From the sequence record ON529855.1: 64,000 nucleotides of DNA, one strand, 5' to 3'. The position numbers and the translations under genes are program-made. Shown here one piece after another: positions 40,163-47,841 of this stretch. How positions within the stretch are numbered: position 1 is the first letter of the stretch; every line of letters begins with the position of its first letter. The notes under the pieces were generated by a model, which saw only the letters and a list, made by a program, of their open reading frames with translations, ran no database searches and was not told the origin of the DNA.

Positions 40163-41998
40163 TTACGCCGTGGTCGCCAGGATCGACGAGTAGCGGTCGA
40201 TCTGGATTTCGCAGCCGGTGACCGCGTCACGCTTGGCGCCGAACTCCATGTTCTCCATGACGTCCTGGTTGCCGCCGGGCGGGTTCACGGTGTCGGTGGT
40301 GAAGTTCGCGGCCGGCACGGTGTATTCGTAGTGGTTGCCCAGAACGTCTTCGATCGAGAACTCGATCGACACGGTGCGGTGCTCGATGAACTTGTCCCAC
40401 AGCGAGCCGTCGGCGAAGTAGGCCACCAGGTTGCCCGTGATTTCCATGCGGCCCGCGCCGATGCCGGCGGGGAACTTGTAGGAAACCGCGTTCTGGTCAC
40501 GCAGGTTGTTGTTGCCGTTCATCGTGATCGACTGGATCGCGGTGGACAGTTCTTCACCGTTGATGATGATGGCGCCGACGTTGACGGTCGCGTTGGCGAC
40601 CGGGGTCGAGGTCGTCTCCAGGACGGTGTAGGGGGCGGCGCCCAGCTTGGTGGTGCCCTGACGCTTGGTCTGGCGGCCGTTGAAGCCGAACGAGCCGGTC
40701 AGGATCGAGTTCGACGCGATGTTGTAGCTGAAGGTGCCGACGCGCAGGCCGTCGGTGATCCAGTATTGGTCGACGTCTTCGAAGCCGGTCTCGATGGTGA
40801 ACGACTGCGGCGTGATCTCGTCGGCGTCCGACGGGTTGCGCAGCATCGAGCCCTTGATCGTGACCTTCAGTTCGGCGGCGTTGTCGAACGTCGCCGGCGA
40901 CGGCGTGACCGTGATCTTGTCGTCGGTCATGGTGTCGATCTTGAAGACGCCGTGCAGGGTGGCGTCGCCGCCCGCGAAGTCGACGACCGCGATGGCGTTG
41001 CCCGAATCCAGGGTCTCCAGCATCTGACCGCCGGTGCGCAGCAGGTTCTTGATGGTCACGACGCCCAGGGCGACCGTGGCCGAGACTTGCAGTTCGCCGC
41101 GCACGCGCTTGGCGTTCAGTTCCGCAGCGAACAGAGCCGCTTGCGTGGCGGCGTCCGTGCCCAGGCCGACGGCTTCAGCCGAGGGCGGGACCGATCCGCC
41201 GAACTGGAAGACCAGGGTCTTGTCGCCGTCCGAGACCGTAACGCGCGAACCCACGGCGGGGACCGCCGAGAAGGTGATCGTGCCGGTTTCGATGCCCAGG
41301 CCGTCGATGAACAGCTTCTGGCCGACGTGCAGTTGACCCGCAGCGATGGCGCCGGCGAAGGCGTTGGTGCCGTTGGAGTCGAAGGCCGATTCGCCGGCCG
41401 TGCCTGCACGAATGTCGGTGTTGTTCAGCACGATGACGTCGTTGGCGTCGATCATGGCGGTGTAGGCGGAGCCGTTCTCGGCCTCACCGGTCGTTTCGGC
41501 GACCGTGATCTCGGTGCGGTTGGCGCCGGCGTTCCAGGTGATCGCGTCGATCTGCCAGTAGGCGTTGTTCGCCGACTTCAGGAAGCCCGAGGTCTTGATG
41601 CGGCGGCCCGTGAAGAAGTAGTTGGTGACGTCCACGCCCTTGACGTGCAGCATCGACGCCGAGGCCCAGGCCAGGGCGGTGCCCTTGACCGAGTCGAAGG
41701 TCATCGGGCGCGTCCAGGCGCCGTAGACGAAGGCTTCCATCAGGTCGTCGTGCGAGCCGGCCGAATATTCGATGTTGATTTCACCGGCCGAGCGCGCGCC
41801 CGTTTCGATGTAGTCAGCCACCATGCGGTCAGCCCGGATTTCTTCCGAGGTCGCGGTCTCTTTGTTGGCGTTGATGGTCGAGCCGGTGTAGCGCACTTCA
41901 CGAGTGCGGCCGGCAGCGGGAGTGGTGCCCCAGGCGTTGTCGTCTTCCTTCAGCATGCGAAGACGGGCGCGGTTGGAGTCAGCGAAGATTTGGACCAT
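40163..41998 (-). CDS. major tail tube protein with internal accessory domain (611 aa)
   Basis: EVRYTGSTI...SEEIRADR, GEINIEYS, SFTIETGF, EITGNLVAYF; located before the chaperones. Confidence 0.9.
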   Translation of the reverse strand: MVQIFADSNRARLRMLKEDDNAWGTTPAAGRTREVRYTGSTINANKETATSEEIRADRMVADYIETGARSAGEINIEYSAGSHDDLMEAFVYGAWTRPMTFDSVKGTALAWASASMLHVKGVDVTNYFFTGRRIKTSGFLKSANNAYWQIDAITWNAGANRTEITVAETTGEAENGSAYTAMIDANDVIVLNNTDIRAGTAGESAFDSNGTNAFAGAIAAGQLHVGQKLFIDGLGIETGTITFSAVPAVGSRVTVSDGDKTLVFQFGGSVPPSAEAVGLGTDAATQAALFAAELNAKRVRGELQVSATVALGVVTIKNLLRTGGQMLETLDSGNAIAVVDFAGGDATLHGVFKIDTMTDDKITVTPSPATFDNAAELKVTIKGSMLRNPSDADEITPQSFTIETGFEDVDQYWITDGLRVGTFSYNIASNSILTGSFGFNGRQTKRQGTTKLGAAPYTVLETTSTPVANATVNVGAIIINGEELSTAIQSITMNGNNNLRDQNAVSYKFPAGIGAGRMEITGNLVAYFADGSLWDKFIEHRTVSIEFSIEDVLGNHYEYTVPAANFTTDTVNPPGGNQDVMENMEFGAKRDAVTGCEIQIDRYSSILATTA

Positions 41999-42069
41999 AG
42001 GTCGAAAGGTTCCACGAGGTTGGAGACAGGCGGGCAGCGACCGCCCCGGTCTACGCCTCGAATGCGTGG

Positions 42070-42110
42070 ACCCTACTCGAAAAGACCTTCAATGTCAAGA
42101 TTTCAGGCAT
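42070..42110 (-). promoter_or_regulatory. promoter with ATGCC-N7-TTGAC motif (copy 4)
   Basis: ATGCCTGAAATC-TTGACA-N17-TAGGGT upstream of the major tail gene. Confidence 0.65.
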
Positions 42111-42137
42111 TGACTGCCGCGTTTCGCGGCAGTAGCC

Positions 42138-42617
42138 TTAGGCGCGGAAGTCGCTTGCCTGCGGATCGCGATGGTAGAAGTGGAACGTGCCGTCGCAGAT
42201 GATCTGGAAGTAGCCGTTCTTGGCCCCCGTGAACGGGGTCTTCACATTCGACACCAGCAGCTTCAAGTGGCCGTCGGGAGCCACCTCTTTCTCGCGCCGG
42301 TTCATCTCACGGCGGATGGCGTCGGCGATGGTGATGCCAGGGCCGGACCCGATCGCCTCGGGCACCATGATGTCGAACTGGTAGATGCCGACGGTCATTT
42401 CGAAGCCGCGCCGGCCGCCGAGTTCGGCCTGGCGGGACCCGCCGGTGCGGAACCAGAAGGAGGCGTAGATCGCCGCCTTCTCGCTGCCCTTCTTCACCGG
42501 AGGCTTGGTGAAGGGCTCGTTCATCAACTCCACGCGCGTGCCGTCGAGGCCGCCTTTGAGGGCGGCCTGAAGAGCGGCTTTATCGAGCACGCGGCGCAGG
42601 CTGTTGAAGACGTCCAT
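42138..42617 (-). CDS. tail terminator/completion protein
   Basis: Synteny; VGIYQFDIMVPEAIGSG motif typical of tail terminators. Confidence 0.65.
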   Translation of the reverse strand: MDVFNSLRRVLDKAALQAALKGGLDGTRVELMNEPFTKPPVKKGSEKAAIYASFWFRTGGSRQAELGGRRGFEMTVGIYQFDIMVPEAIGSGPGITIADAIRREMNRREKEVAPDGHLKLLVSNVKTPFTGAKNGYFQIICDGTFHFYHRDPQASDFRA

Positions 42618-42645
42618 GAGAGTTCCTTGACTGCAAGTTCCGGGC

Positions 42646-43137
42646 CTAGAAGACCCCGGCCTGCACCTCTGCGATCGCCAGCCGCACAATGCCCTTTTTC
42701 GAGCGGGACAGTTCCGGGGTCGGCAGTTGGCCGTACTCCAGCCCGACGGCGCTGTCGGAGGTGTTGGTGAGATAGATGTCGACCGGCGTCTTGGCCTTCA
42801 GCGCCGCCGCCAACGAGCGCCGGGGGCGCTGTTCGTTGACCTTGCGGCGCGGTTCGTCGCCCAGGGCCATGGAGTTGGTCGGTCCAGGATCGATGCCGCC
42901 GCCGCGCGGCGCTTCGTGGGCGGTGTCCGGACGCAGGGTCGACCAGCGCCAGTTCAGGATCGTGTCGCCCTCCCAGACCGGGGTGTTCGCCAGGATGCGC
43001 TCGTTCAGCGCCACCAGGATGGCGTCCGCCTTGCGATCATAGGTGGTCTCGACGTGGTCGAAGAACTTCTCGAACGTGTGGGCGAAGGGATTGTTGATCT
43101 GGACCCCGACCTTGGTCCCGCTCCGGGAAAAGGACAC
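42646..43137 (-). CDS. neck / tail completion protein (HK97 gp10-like)
   Basis: TPVWEG...NWRWS; IYLTN...YGQL pattern; synteny. Confidence 0.6.
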   Translation of the reverse strand: MSFSRSGTKVGVQINNPFAHTFEKFFDHVETTYDRKADAILVALNERILANTPVWEGDTILNWRWSTLRPDTAHEAPRGGGIDPGPTNSMALGDEPRRKVNEQRPRRSLAAALKAKTPVDIYLTNTSDSAVGLEYGQLPTPELSRSKKGIVRLAIAEVQAGVF

Positions 43138-43512
43138 CTAGCTGGCCCGGCACTGAAGTTTCGCCAGAAGCGAGGCCGGATCGGTGAGGACCCGGATGAT
43201 CTGCCACTTCAAGCCATTGTCGTCGGTGAGGATGTCGGTGTCCTTGGGGAAGACGCCCAGTTCGTCCATGGGGAACAGGACCTTGGTGTCGGTCACGACG
43301 ATCAAGGGGTCGGCCTCCTTCTCTTTCGAGGAGAAGGAGGTGAAGACGACCATGTTCAGGGTCTTGTCGGTATAGCCCTGGGTCACCTCTCCGGCGTCCA
43401 GGTCCCGCACCGGCGAGGCGCCGGCGATATGATAGGTCGCCTTACGCGGGACGTCGTCCAACGCAAGGAAGGCTTGCCGCACGGCGCGGCGAAGGGTCGC
43501 CTTCAACGCCAT
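43138..43512 (-). CDS. head closure protein
   Basis: Size, synteny, C-terminal WQIIRVLTDPA..KLQCR pattern. Confidence 0.6.
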   Translation of the reverse strand: MALKATLRRAVRQAFLALDDVPRKATYHIAGASPVRDLDAGEVTQGYTDKTLNMVVFTSFSSKEKEADPLIVVTDTKVLFPMDELGVFPKDTDILTDDNGLKWQIIRVLTDPASLLAKLQCRAS

Positions 43513-43517
43513 GGCGG

Positions 43518-44048
43518 TTAGGTCCGGACAATGCGCTTGAAGCCGGGACGACGGCCGGTCTTGGCGCCGCCCAGGTCCTCCAGCATCGCCAGCAGGAACT
43601 CCGGCATGACGCCTTCACGCTCGCCGCTGTCCTTGAACTTGACCTGGATGACGTCGACCTTGATTTCGCTGAACTCACCCGAGCCGCCGTCGGCGTTGGC
43701 GCGGGTCCAGTCCGAGGTCATCAGATAGGCGGCGAACTCCGCCGTCGCTTCCTTGAGCAGACGAGGGATCACATTGTCCGGGATCATCACCCCGTCCAGG
43801 GTGACGCCGGCGCGCGGCCAGGCCAGACCGGAGTCCGGCTCGACGCGCGTGCCGTGCCATTTGAAACGGATGTCCAGCACCTTGGAGGCGCGGACGAGGA
43901 GGCGCTGCTTGTCCTCCTCTTCCTGATCGAGCCACTCGGCCGAGATGTGGCCGTTCGCCTCGATGTAGTCGTCGGCGAATTCAACCGTGCAGTAGGAGTT
44001 GGCCTGGGGGTCGCCTTGACCCTCCTCGACCACAAAGTTGAATGCCAT
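43518..44048 (-). CDS. head-tail adaptor (DnaT-like domain)
   Basis: VEEGQG...ANSYCTVEFADDY, LAWPRAG, IPRLLKEATAEFA. Confidence 0.75.
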   Translation of the reverse strand: MAFNFVVEEGQGDPQANSYCTVEFADDYIEANGHISAEWLDQEEEDKQRLLVRASKVLDIRFKWHGTRVEPDSGLAWPRAGVTLDGVMIPDNVIPRLLKEATAEFAAYLMTSDWTRANADGGSGEFSEIKVDVIQVKFKDSGEREGVMPEFLLAMLEDLGGAKTGRRPGFKRIVRT

Positions 44049-44069
44049 TCTGGGAAAGTGCTCCGATTA

Positions 44070-44098
44070 GAGTCACGCTTCGTAGGGAAACGTGACTC
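44070..44098. repeat. inverted repeat GAGTCACG-N13-CGTGACTC just after the PhoH stop
   Basis: Same 8-bp arms and spacing as the 40129-40157 element. Confidence 0.7.
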
Positions 44099-44099
44099 C

Positions 44100-44927
44100 T
44101 TAACGCGCCGCAGAGTGCACGAAACCGGGCAAACTGTCAAGGTTTCCGTGGCCCGCCGCCTGGGCTTCCTGAGCCGCCTTGCGCACGCGGTTGCGGTGCG
44201 AGATGGCCTTGACCCACTTCTTCGCCATTTCCGAACGGACCACGTCGTCCTCGGTGAACTCGACGATGTCCATGATCTCCCAGTCGTCGGAGATGTTGAC
44301 GATCTCTTCCAGGCCGGAGTTGTGGATGTCGACCTGCGAGTGGTCGCCGGCGACGACGACCTGGGTGCCGTTGCCCGTGCGGGTCAGCAGCAGGTAGAGG
44401 TCGTCGAACTCGGCGTTCTGGGCTTCGTCCAGGATGACGCAGGCGTTGTCGAAGGTGCGGCCGCGCATGTATTCGAACGGCACGATCTCGAACTTGCCCT
44501 CCGACTTCCACATTTCCAGTTGGGTCTTGGAGACCTCGGCGCGGATGCCCTCGATGACCGGCGTCAGCCAGGGCGCCATCTTGGCCTCGATGTTGCCCGG
44601 CAGGAAGCCGATCTGGTGTCCCTTCTTGGAGGCGGTCACCCGGCTGATGATGATCTTTTCGATGTCGCCCTTGAGCATGCGCTGGGCGGCGATCCGGGCG
44701 GCGAGGTAGGTCTTGCCCGTGCCCGCCGGGCCGATGGCGAAGACCGAATCGCCTTCCTTCAGCACTTCCAGGTAGTCCGCCTGGTTCTCGGTCTTGGGGA
44801 CCAACGGCTTGGCCGTGTGCTTGGTCTGCTTGGCGGAGCGTTCTGCGCGGCGAGCGGCGCGTGCCTGAGCCTTGGTGAGGGGCCGTTCGTGCATCGGTTC
44901 GAACGGGGTGTAGGCGGGTTCAGTCAA
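44100..44927 (-). CDS. phoH: PhoH-family ATPase
   Basis: GPAGTGKT, GFLPG, YMRGRTFDNACVILDEAQN, GDHSQVD. Confidence 0.95.
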   Translation of the reverse strand: MTEPAYTPFEPMHERPLTKAQARAARRAERSAKQTKHTAKPLVPKTENQADYLEVLKEGDSVFAIGPAGTGKTYLAARIAAQRMLKGDIEKIIISRVTASKKGHQIGFLPGNIEAKMAPWLTPVIEGIRAEVSKTQLEMWKSEGKFEIVPFEYMRGRTFDNACVILDEAQNAEFDDLYLLLTRTGNGTQVVVAGDHSQVDIHNSGLEEIVNISDDWEIMDIVEFTEDDVVRSEMAKKWVKAISHRNRVRKAAQEAQAAGHGNLDSLPGFVHSAAR

Positions 44928-44954
44928 GCAACTGTCCTGGGCTATGGCTGGGTC

Positions 44955-45206
44955 TCAGCCGGATGTGGCCTCCAGACGGATCGCGCTGGCGGCCTGACAG
45001 TGGAGAAGGTTGGAGCGGAAATGCTCCACCAGTTCTCCGAGGATCGCCATGCTTTCGGGAGTGAGGTCCTCCAGGAGCATGTCGTTCATCGCGGCGGCGC
45101 CGCGAATCATGTCCATGTGCCGGGCTTCGATGTCCGCGCTGGGCGACTCCACCGCCTGGACGAATGCCGCCACGGGCGGGAACGTAGGAGCGAGTGCGGC
45201 GTTCAT
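44955..45206 (-). CDS. hypothetical protein (83 aa)
   Basis: Own promoter (TTGCGC-N18-TAGGTT) and GAGGG SD. Confidence 0.6.
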   Translation of the reverse strand: MNAALAPTFPPVAAFVQAVESPSADIEARHMDMIRGAAAMNDMLLEDLTPESMAILGELVEHFRSNLLHCQAASAIRLEATSG

Positions 45207-45308
45207 CGGGGTTCCCTCAGAGGAAATGCTTAACTGAGGGGAACCTAACCCGACCTTAGGGTGTTGCGCAAGGACGGTCTGGGAACAATCCCCTACCGCG
45301 TGAGTGGT

Positions 45309-45749
45309 TTAGCCCGCTCCCGTAACCATTGTTACAATGGCTCCGACGACGGCCGCCAGCAGGGCCGAGCCCCCGGCGGTCAACGGACCGATGATGATTT
45401 CCATCCGCGTCAGGCGCTTTTCCAGCGCCAGCTTGTCGGCGGTGAACTCACGCTCCAGGCGGTCCAGTTCGTCCGCCGCCTCTTTTTCGACGCGGGCCGT
45501 TTCCTGGGCGGCGGCCTTGAGATCGCGTTCCAGGTTGGCGATTTTCTGCGGCTGATCCTGAGCCTCAATGCGCGTCAGGCGATCGCGCACGTCCTTCATG
45601 TCTTCGCGGAAGCCGTCGAAACGGGTGTCGACCTTGTCGACAAGCCGATCCATCTTGTCGTTGAGCGTCGTGAAGAGACGGTCCACGGCGTCGCGGAACC
45701 GGTCTTCGGGCGTCATGCCCACGGCCGGAATGGGAATGTTACCGGCCAT
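45309..45749 (-). CDS. coiled-coil protein with C-terminal TM helix
   Basis: GAGGAGG SD; heptad-rich body; hydrophobic C-terminus. Confidence 0.75.
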   Translation of the reverse strand: MAGNIPIPAVGMTPEDRFRDAVDRLFTTLNDKMDRLVDKVDTRFDGFREDMKDVRDRLTRIEAQDQPQKIANLERDLKAAAQETARVEKEAADELDRLEREFTADKLALEKRLTRMEIIIGPLTAGGSALLAAVVGAIVTMVTGAG

Positions 45750-46239
45750 CGACACAGACCTCCTCGATCTGAGCAATGCCGCACACCGCGACCACGTCCC
45801 CGTTCACCATGATGGGCCACTTCCACCCCGCGAATCGCAGCAGAGCGCCGCTGGAGGCATGCGGAACGACGCCGTCGACCTGGATCGTGCGGCGCTCGAT
45901 GACGCATTGGAGGTCTTCGTCCTCAAAGGCGCTGGCGTCGCCGTTGTCCCAGATGGCGTGATCCGGCTGCGCCAGGTAGTCGAGCGCGGTCACGCCCGTC
46001 ATGGCGGTATAGGGTCGGTTGACGTGAACCATCACGAACGATCCGTCCGCTTGCAAGGCCTTGATCCAGGCCGGCAGGGGCATGTGTTCGAAGAAGCCCG
46101 TCATCAGGAGGCAAGGGTCCTCCGAACGGCACTCTTCGGCGGCGTCACGCAAAATGTTGAGCAGGGCTTCCACGTCTTGACGCGGTTTCTGCGGGATACC
46201 CGTCGGTTGGGCCGAAGGGCTGCTGTCGTTGTTCGACAC
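45739..46239 (-). CDS. stand-alone PAS-domain protein
   Basis: FFEHMPLPAWIK...VHVNRPYTAMTG...LAQPDHAIW...FEDEDLQCV pattern. Confidence 0.7.
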   Translation of the reverse strand: MSNNDSSPSAQPTGIPQKPRQDVEALLNILRDAAEECRSEDPCLLMTGFFEHMPLPAWIKALQADGSFVMVHVNRPYTAMTGVTALDYLAQPDHAIWDNGDASAFEDEDLQCVIERRTIQVDGVVPHASSGALLRFAGWKWPIMVNGDVVAVCGIAQIEEVCVDGR

Positions 46240-46280
46240 GGCCTTCGTCCCCGACGGTTAGCGCGTTGATATTGACGCGG

Positions 46281-46321
46281 AGGCTACGCGCAAACCCCTT
46301 GAAAGTCAAGATTTTTGGCAA
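46281..46321 (-). promoter_or_regulatory. promoter with TTGCC-N7-TTGAC motif (copy 5)
   Basis: TTGCCAAAAATC-TTGACT-N17-TAGCCT. Confidence 0.65.
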
Positions 46322-46364
46322 CGATTGCCAGCCAATAAATTCCTTGACGAAGCGCAGCGCCGGA

Positions 46365-46463
46365 ATCACAACGCCCCGCACCGGACGGGGGCCAGTGCGG
46401 GGCGCTGCTTGACGACGGAGGACCGCGTCAGCCGGACAAAGCCCCGTGGCTGACTGCGACGCT
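46365..46463 (-). ncRNA. candidate small RNA (about 100 nt) with its own promoter and terminator-like hairpin
   Basis: TTGACA-N17-TACATC (46498-46470); GTCAGCC/GGCTGAC hairpin; 13-bp hairpin at 46372-46404 with a weak U tail. Confidence 0.4.
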
Positions 46464-46515
46464 GTGCGGGATGTAGAGGACTGCGCGGTGCGTGTCAACC
46501 CTCTCGGTCAGATAA

Positions 46516-46596
46516 TGGCGGGGACGGAGGGAATCGAACCCCCTGGATGACGCCTTCGGAGGGCGTTGCCTACATTCCGGTCGGCACTTCGCCCCC
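46516..46596 (-). tRNA. tRNA-Arg(CCG), atypical D arm
   Basis: GGGGGCG/CGTCCCC acceptor, ACGCC-CTCCGAA-GGCGT anticodon arm, TTCGATT loop, CCA encoded. Confidence 0.85.
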
Positions 46597-46629
46597 GAGG
46601 CGGTGGGCCGGACAGGCCGGCAGAAAGAG

Positions 46630-46711
46630 TGGCGCCCAAGGCAGGATTTGAACCTGCGTTTGCAACTCCGCTACGGATAAGGCCTTCGTAGGACCCCTCG
46701 GTTACTTGGGC
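46630..46711 (-). tRNA. atypical tRNA, probably Arg(ACG): no D arm, double-hairpin variable region
   Basis: Perfect GCCCAAG/CTTGGGC acceptor, canonical T arm, GGGTC-CTACGAA-GGCCT anticodon arm, CCA. Confidence 0.55.
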
Positions 46712-46714
46712 ATT

Positions 46715-46798
46715 TGGCTCCTATGAGAGGACTCGAACCTCTAAGTCTTGCGACGGTCGATTAACAGTCGACTGCGTTTACCATTCCGCCACATAGGA
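46715..46798 (-). tRNA. tRNA-Asn(GTT) with long variable arm
   Basis: GTCGA-CTGTTAA-TCGAC; variable hairpin GTC-GCAA-GAC; CCA. Confidence 0.9.
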
Positions 46799-46823
46799 AC
46801 AAACTGAATACTGATATTTTACC

Positions 46824-46897
46824 TGGTTCTGGCTCTAGGAATCGAACCTAAATCTCGGAGACCAAAACTCCGCGTGATACCGTTACACTAAGCCAGA
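46824..46897 (-). tRNA. tRNA-Gln(TTG)
   Basis: CGGAG-TTTTGGT-CTCCG; TCTGGCT/AGCCAGA acceptor; CCA. Confidence 0.9.
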
Positions 46898-46908
46898 TCA
46901 GGAAAACT

Positions 46909-46986
46909 TGGTAGGAGGTACTGGATTCGAACCAGTGAAATGTCGGTATGTGAAACCGATGCCTTGGGCCGCTTGGCGAACCTCCC
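46909..46986 (-). tRNA. tRNA-Val(CAC)
   Basis: TCGGT-TTCACAT-ACCGA; A73; CCA. Confidence 0.9.
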
Positions 46987-47030
46987 ATGCAAGAGCAGCG
47001 AATCTCCACTGCTCAGGGACAAAGTAAAGT

Positions 47031-47107
47031 TGGTCCTAGCACCAGGATTTGAACCTGGGACCGAGCGGTTATCGACCGCGCGCTCTACCAAACTGAGCTA
47101 TGCTAGG
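47031..47107 (-). tRNA. tRNA-Ile(GAT), C at position 33
   Basis: GCGG-TCGATAA-CCGC; canonical D and T arms; CCA. Confidence 0.9.
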
Positions 47108-47111
47108 GCTG

Positions 47112-47186
47112 TGGTAGCGGATACAGGAATCGCACCTGTGCATGTCGGCGTGTCATACCGATGCCTTTCTACTTGGCTAATCCGCC
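47112..47186 (-). tRNA. tRNA-Val(GAC)
   Basis: TCGGT-ATGACAC-GCCGA; T loop TGCGATT; CCA. Confidence 0.85.
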
Positions 47187-47199
47187 ACACAGAAAAGTG

Positions 47200-47274
47200 T
47201 GGCCCACCCAGGAGCGCTCGCATCTCCGTCTCGGGGATTTCACTCCCGCGCTAATCTGTCTCAGCTATGAGTGG
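47200..47274 (-). tRNA. tRNA-Phe(GAA), divergent
   Basis: CGGGA-GTGAAAT-CCCCG; CCACTCA/TGGGTGG acceptor; T loop TGCGAGC; CCA. Confidence 0.7.
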
Positions 47275-47275
47275 A

Positions 47276-47359
47276 TGGTGGGAAGGGAGAGAATTCGCAC
47301 TCTCACAGCTTGCGCGGGGGATTTACAGTCCCCTGGGCTCACTCGTGCCCAGCCTGCCC
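47276..47359 (-). tRNA. tRNA-Tyr(GTA)
   Basis: GGGGA-CTGTAAA-TCCCC; long variable arm; CCA. Confidence 0.9.
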
Positions 47360-47372
47360 AAAATGTTACGGC

Positions 47373-47390
47373 TCAGTCGCCGCCGGTCAT
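47373..47390 (-). CDS. mini-ORF MTGGD
   Basis: AGGAG SD 6 nt before ATG ACC GGC GGC GAC TGA, between the terminator and tRNA-Tyr. Confidence 0.35.
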   Translation of the reverse strand: MTGGD

Positions 47391-47419
47391 GGTGATCTCC
47401 TGGATCAGATGAAGGTGTT

Positions 47420-47460
47420 GAAACGGAAAAGGCCCGCCTGGCGGAAACCAGGCGGGCCTT
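47420..47460 (-). terminator. attenuator terminator in front of tRNA array A
   Basis: AAGGCCCGCCTGG-TTTCCG-CCAGGCGGGCCTT followed by TTCCGTTTC. Confidence 0.9.
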
Positions 47461-47491
47461 CGAAACTTGGGAGTTCTAAGTGGGTATCAGA

Positions 47492-47587
47492 TTAAATCTG
47501 CGTCCCACCATCGCCCATGCACGAATGGCCCGCCCGGTTAAACCGGACGACCTGAATCTGCTGCACGTTGTTGCGATAGGTGAACAT
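47492..47587 (-). CDS. attenuator leader peptide A (MFTYRNNVQQIQVVRFNRAGHSCMGDGGTQI), probably leaderless
   Basis: ATG lies 7 nt after the -10 box; codons 2-18 match the downstream tRNA identities. Confidence 0.8.
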   Translation of the reverse strand: MFTYRNNVQQIQVVRFNRAGHSCMGDGGTQI

Positions 47588-47594
47588 GAGAAGA

Positions 47595-47623
47595 CGTTTA
47601 CTACAGGCGACGACCAGTGTCAA
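47595..47623 (-). promoter_or_regulatory. promoter of leader A / tRNA array A
   Basis: TTGACA (47623-47618)-N17-TAAACG (47600-47595). Confidence 0.75.
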
Positions 47624-47625
47624 CA

Positions 47626-47841
47626 TTATTGTCGTCTATGGACCCAAGTTTTTTCGAGGGCGCTGTCCCAGGTCCCCCAGTTGCAGGGATCAGGGTAGTC
47701 CCGATAGCGCCAGCCGCCGCAGTAACGGCACATGGCTTCGGTCTGGTCAGCCTCAGCGGGATGCGGCTCGCAGTCCCCCGAGACGTCGCACAAAGGCCAC
47801 CCGTCCGGCCCCAGGGTGGGGTCGTCGTCCGGGTCCGTCAC
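47626..47841 (-). CDS. hypothetical Cys-containing protein (71 aa)
   Basis: GTG overlapping the upstream TGA; CxxC (CRYC). Confidence 0.5.
   Translation of the reverse strand: MTDPDDDPTLGPDGWPLCDVSGDCEPHPAEADQTEAMCRYCGGWRYRDYPDPCNWGTWDSALEKTWVHRRQ

Noticed and set aside
3740-46321. CtrA boxes as the explanation of the repeated promoter motif
   Set aside because: CtrA sites are TTAA-N7-TTAA (11-nt period); this motif has TTG(A/C)C half-sites with a 12-nt period.
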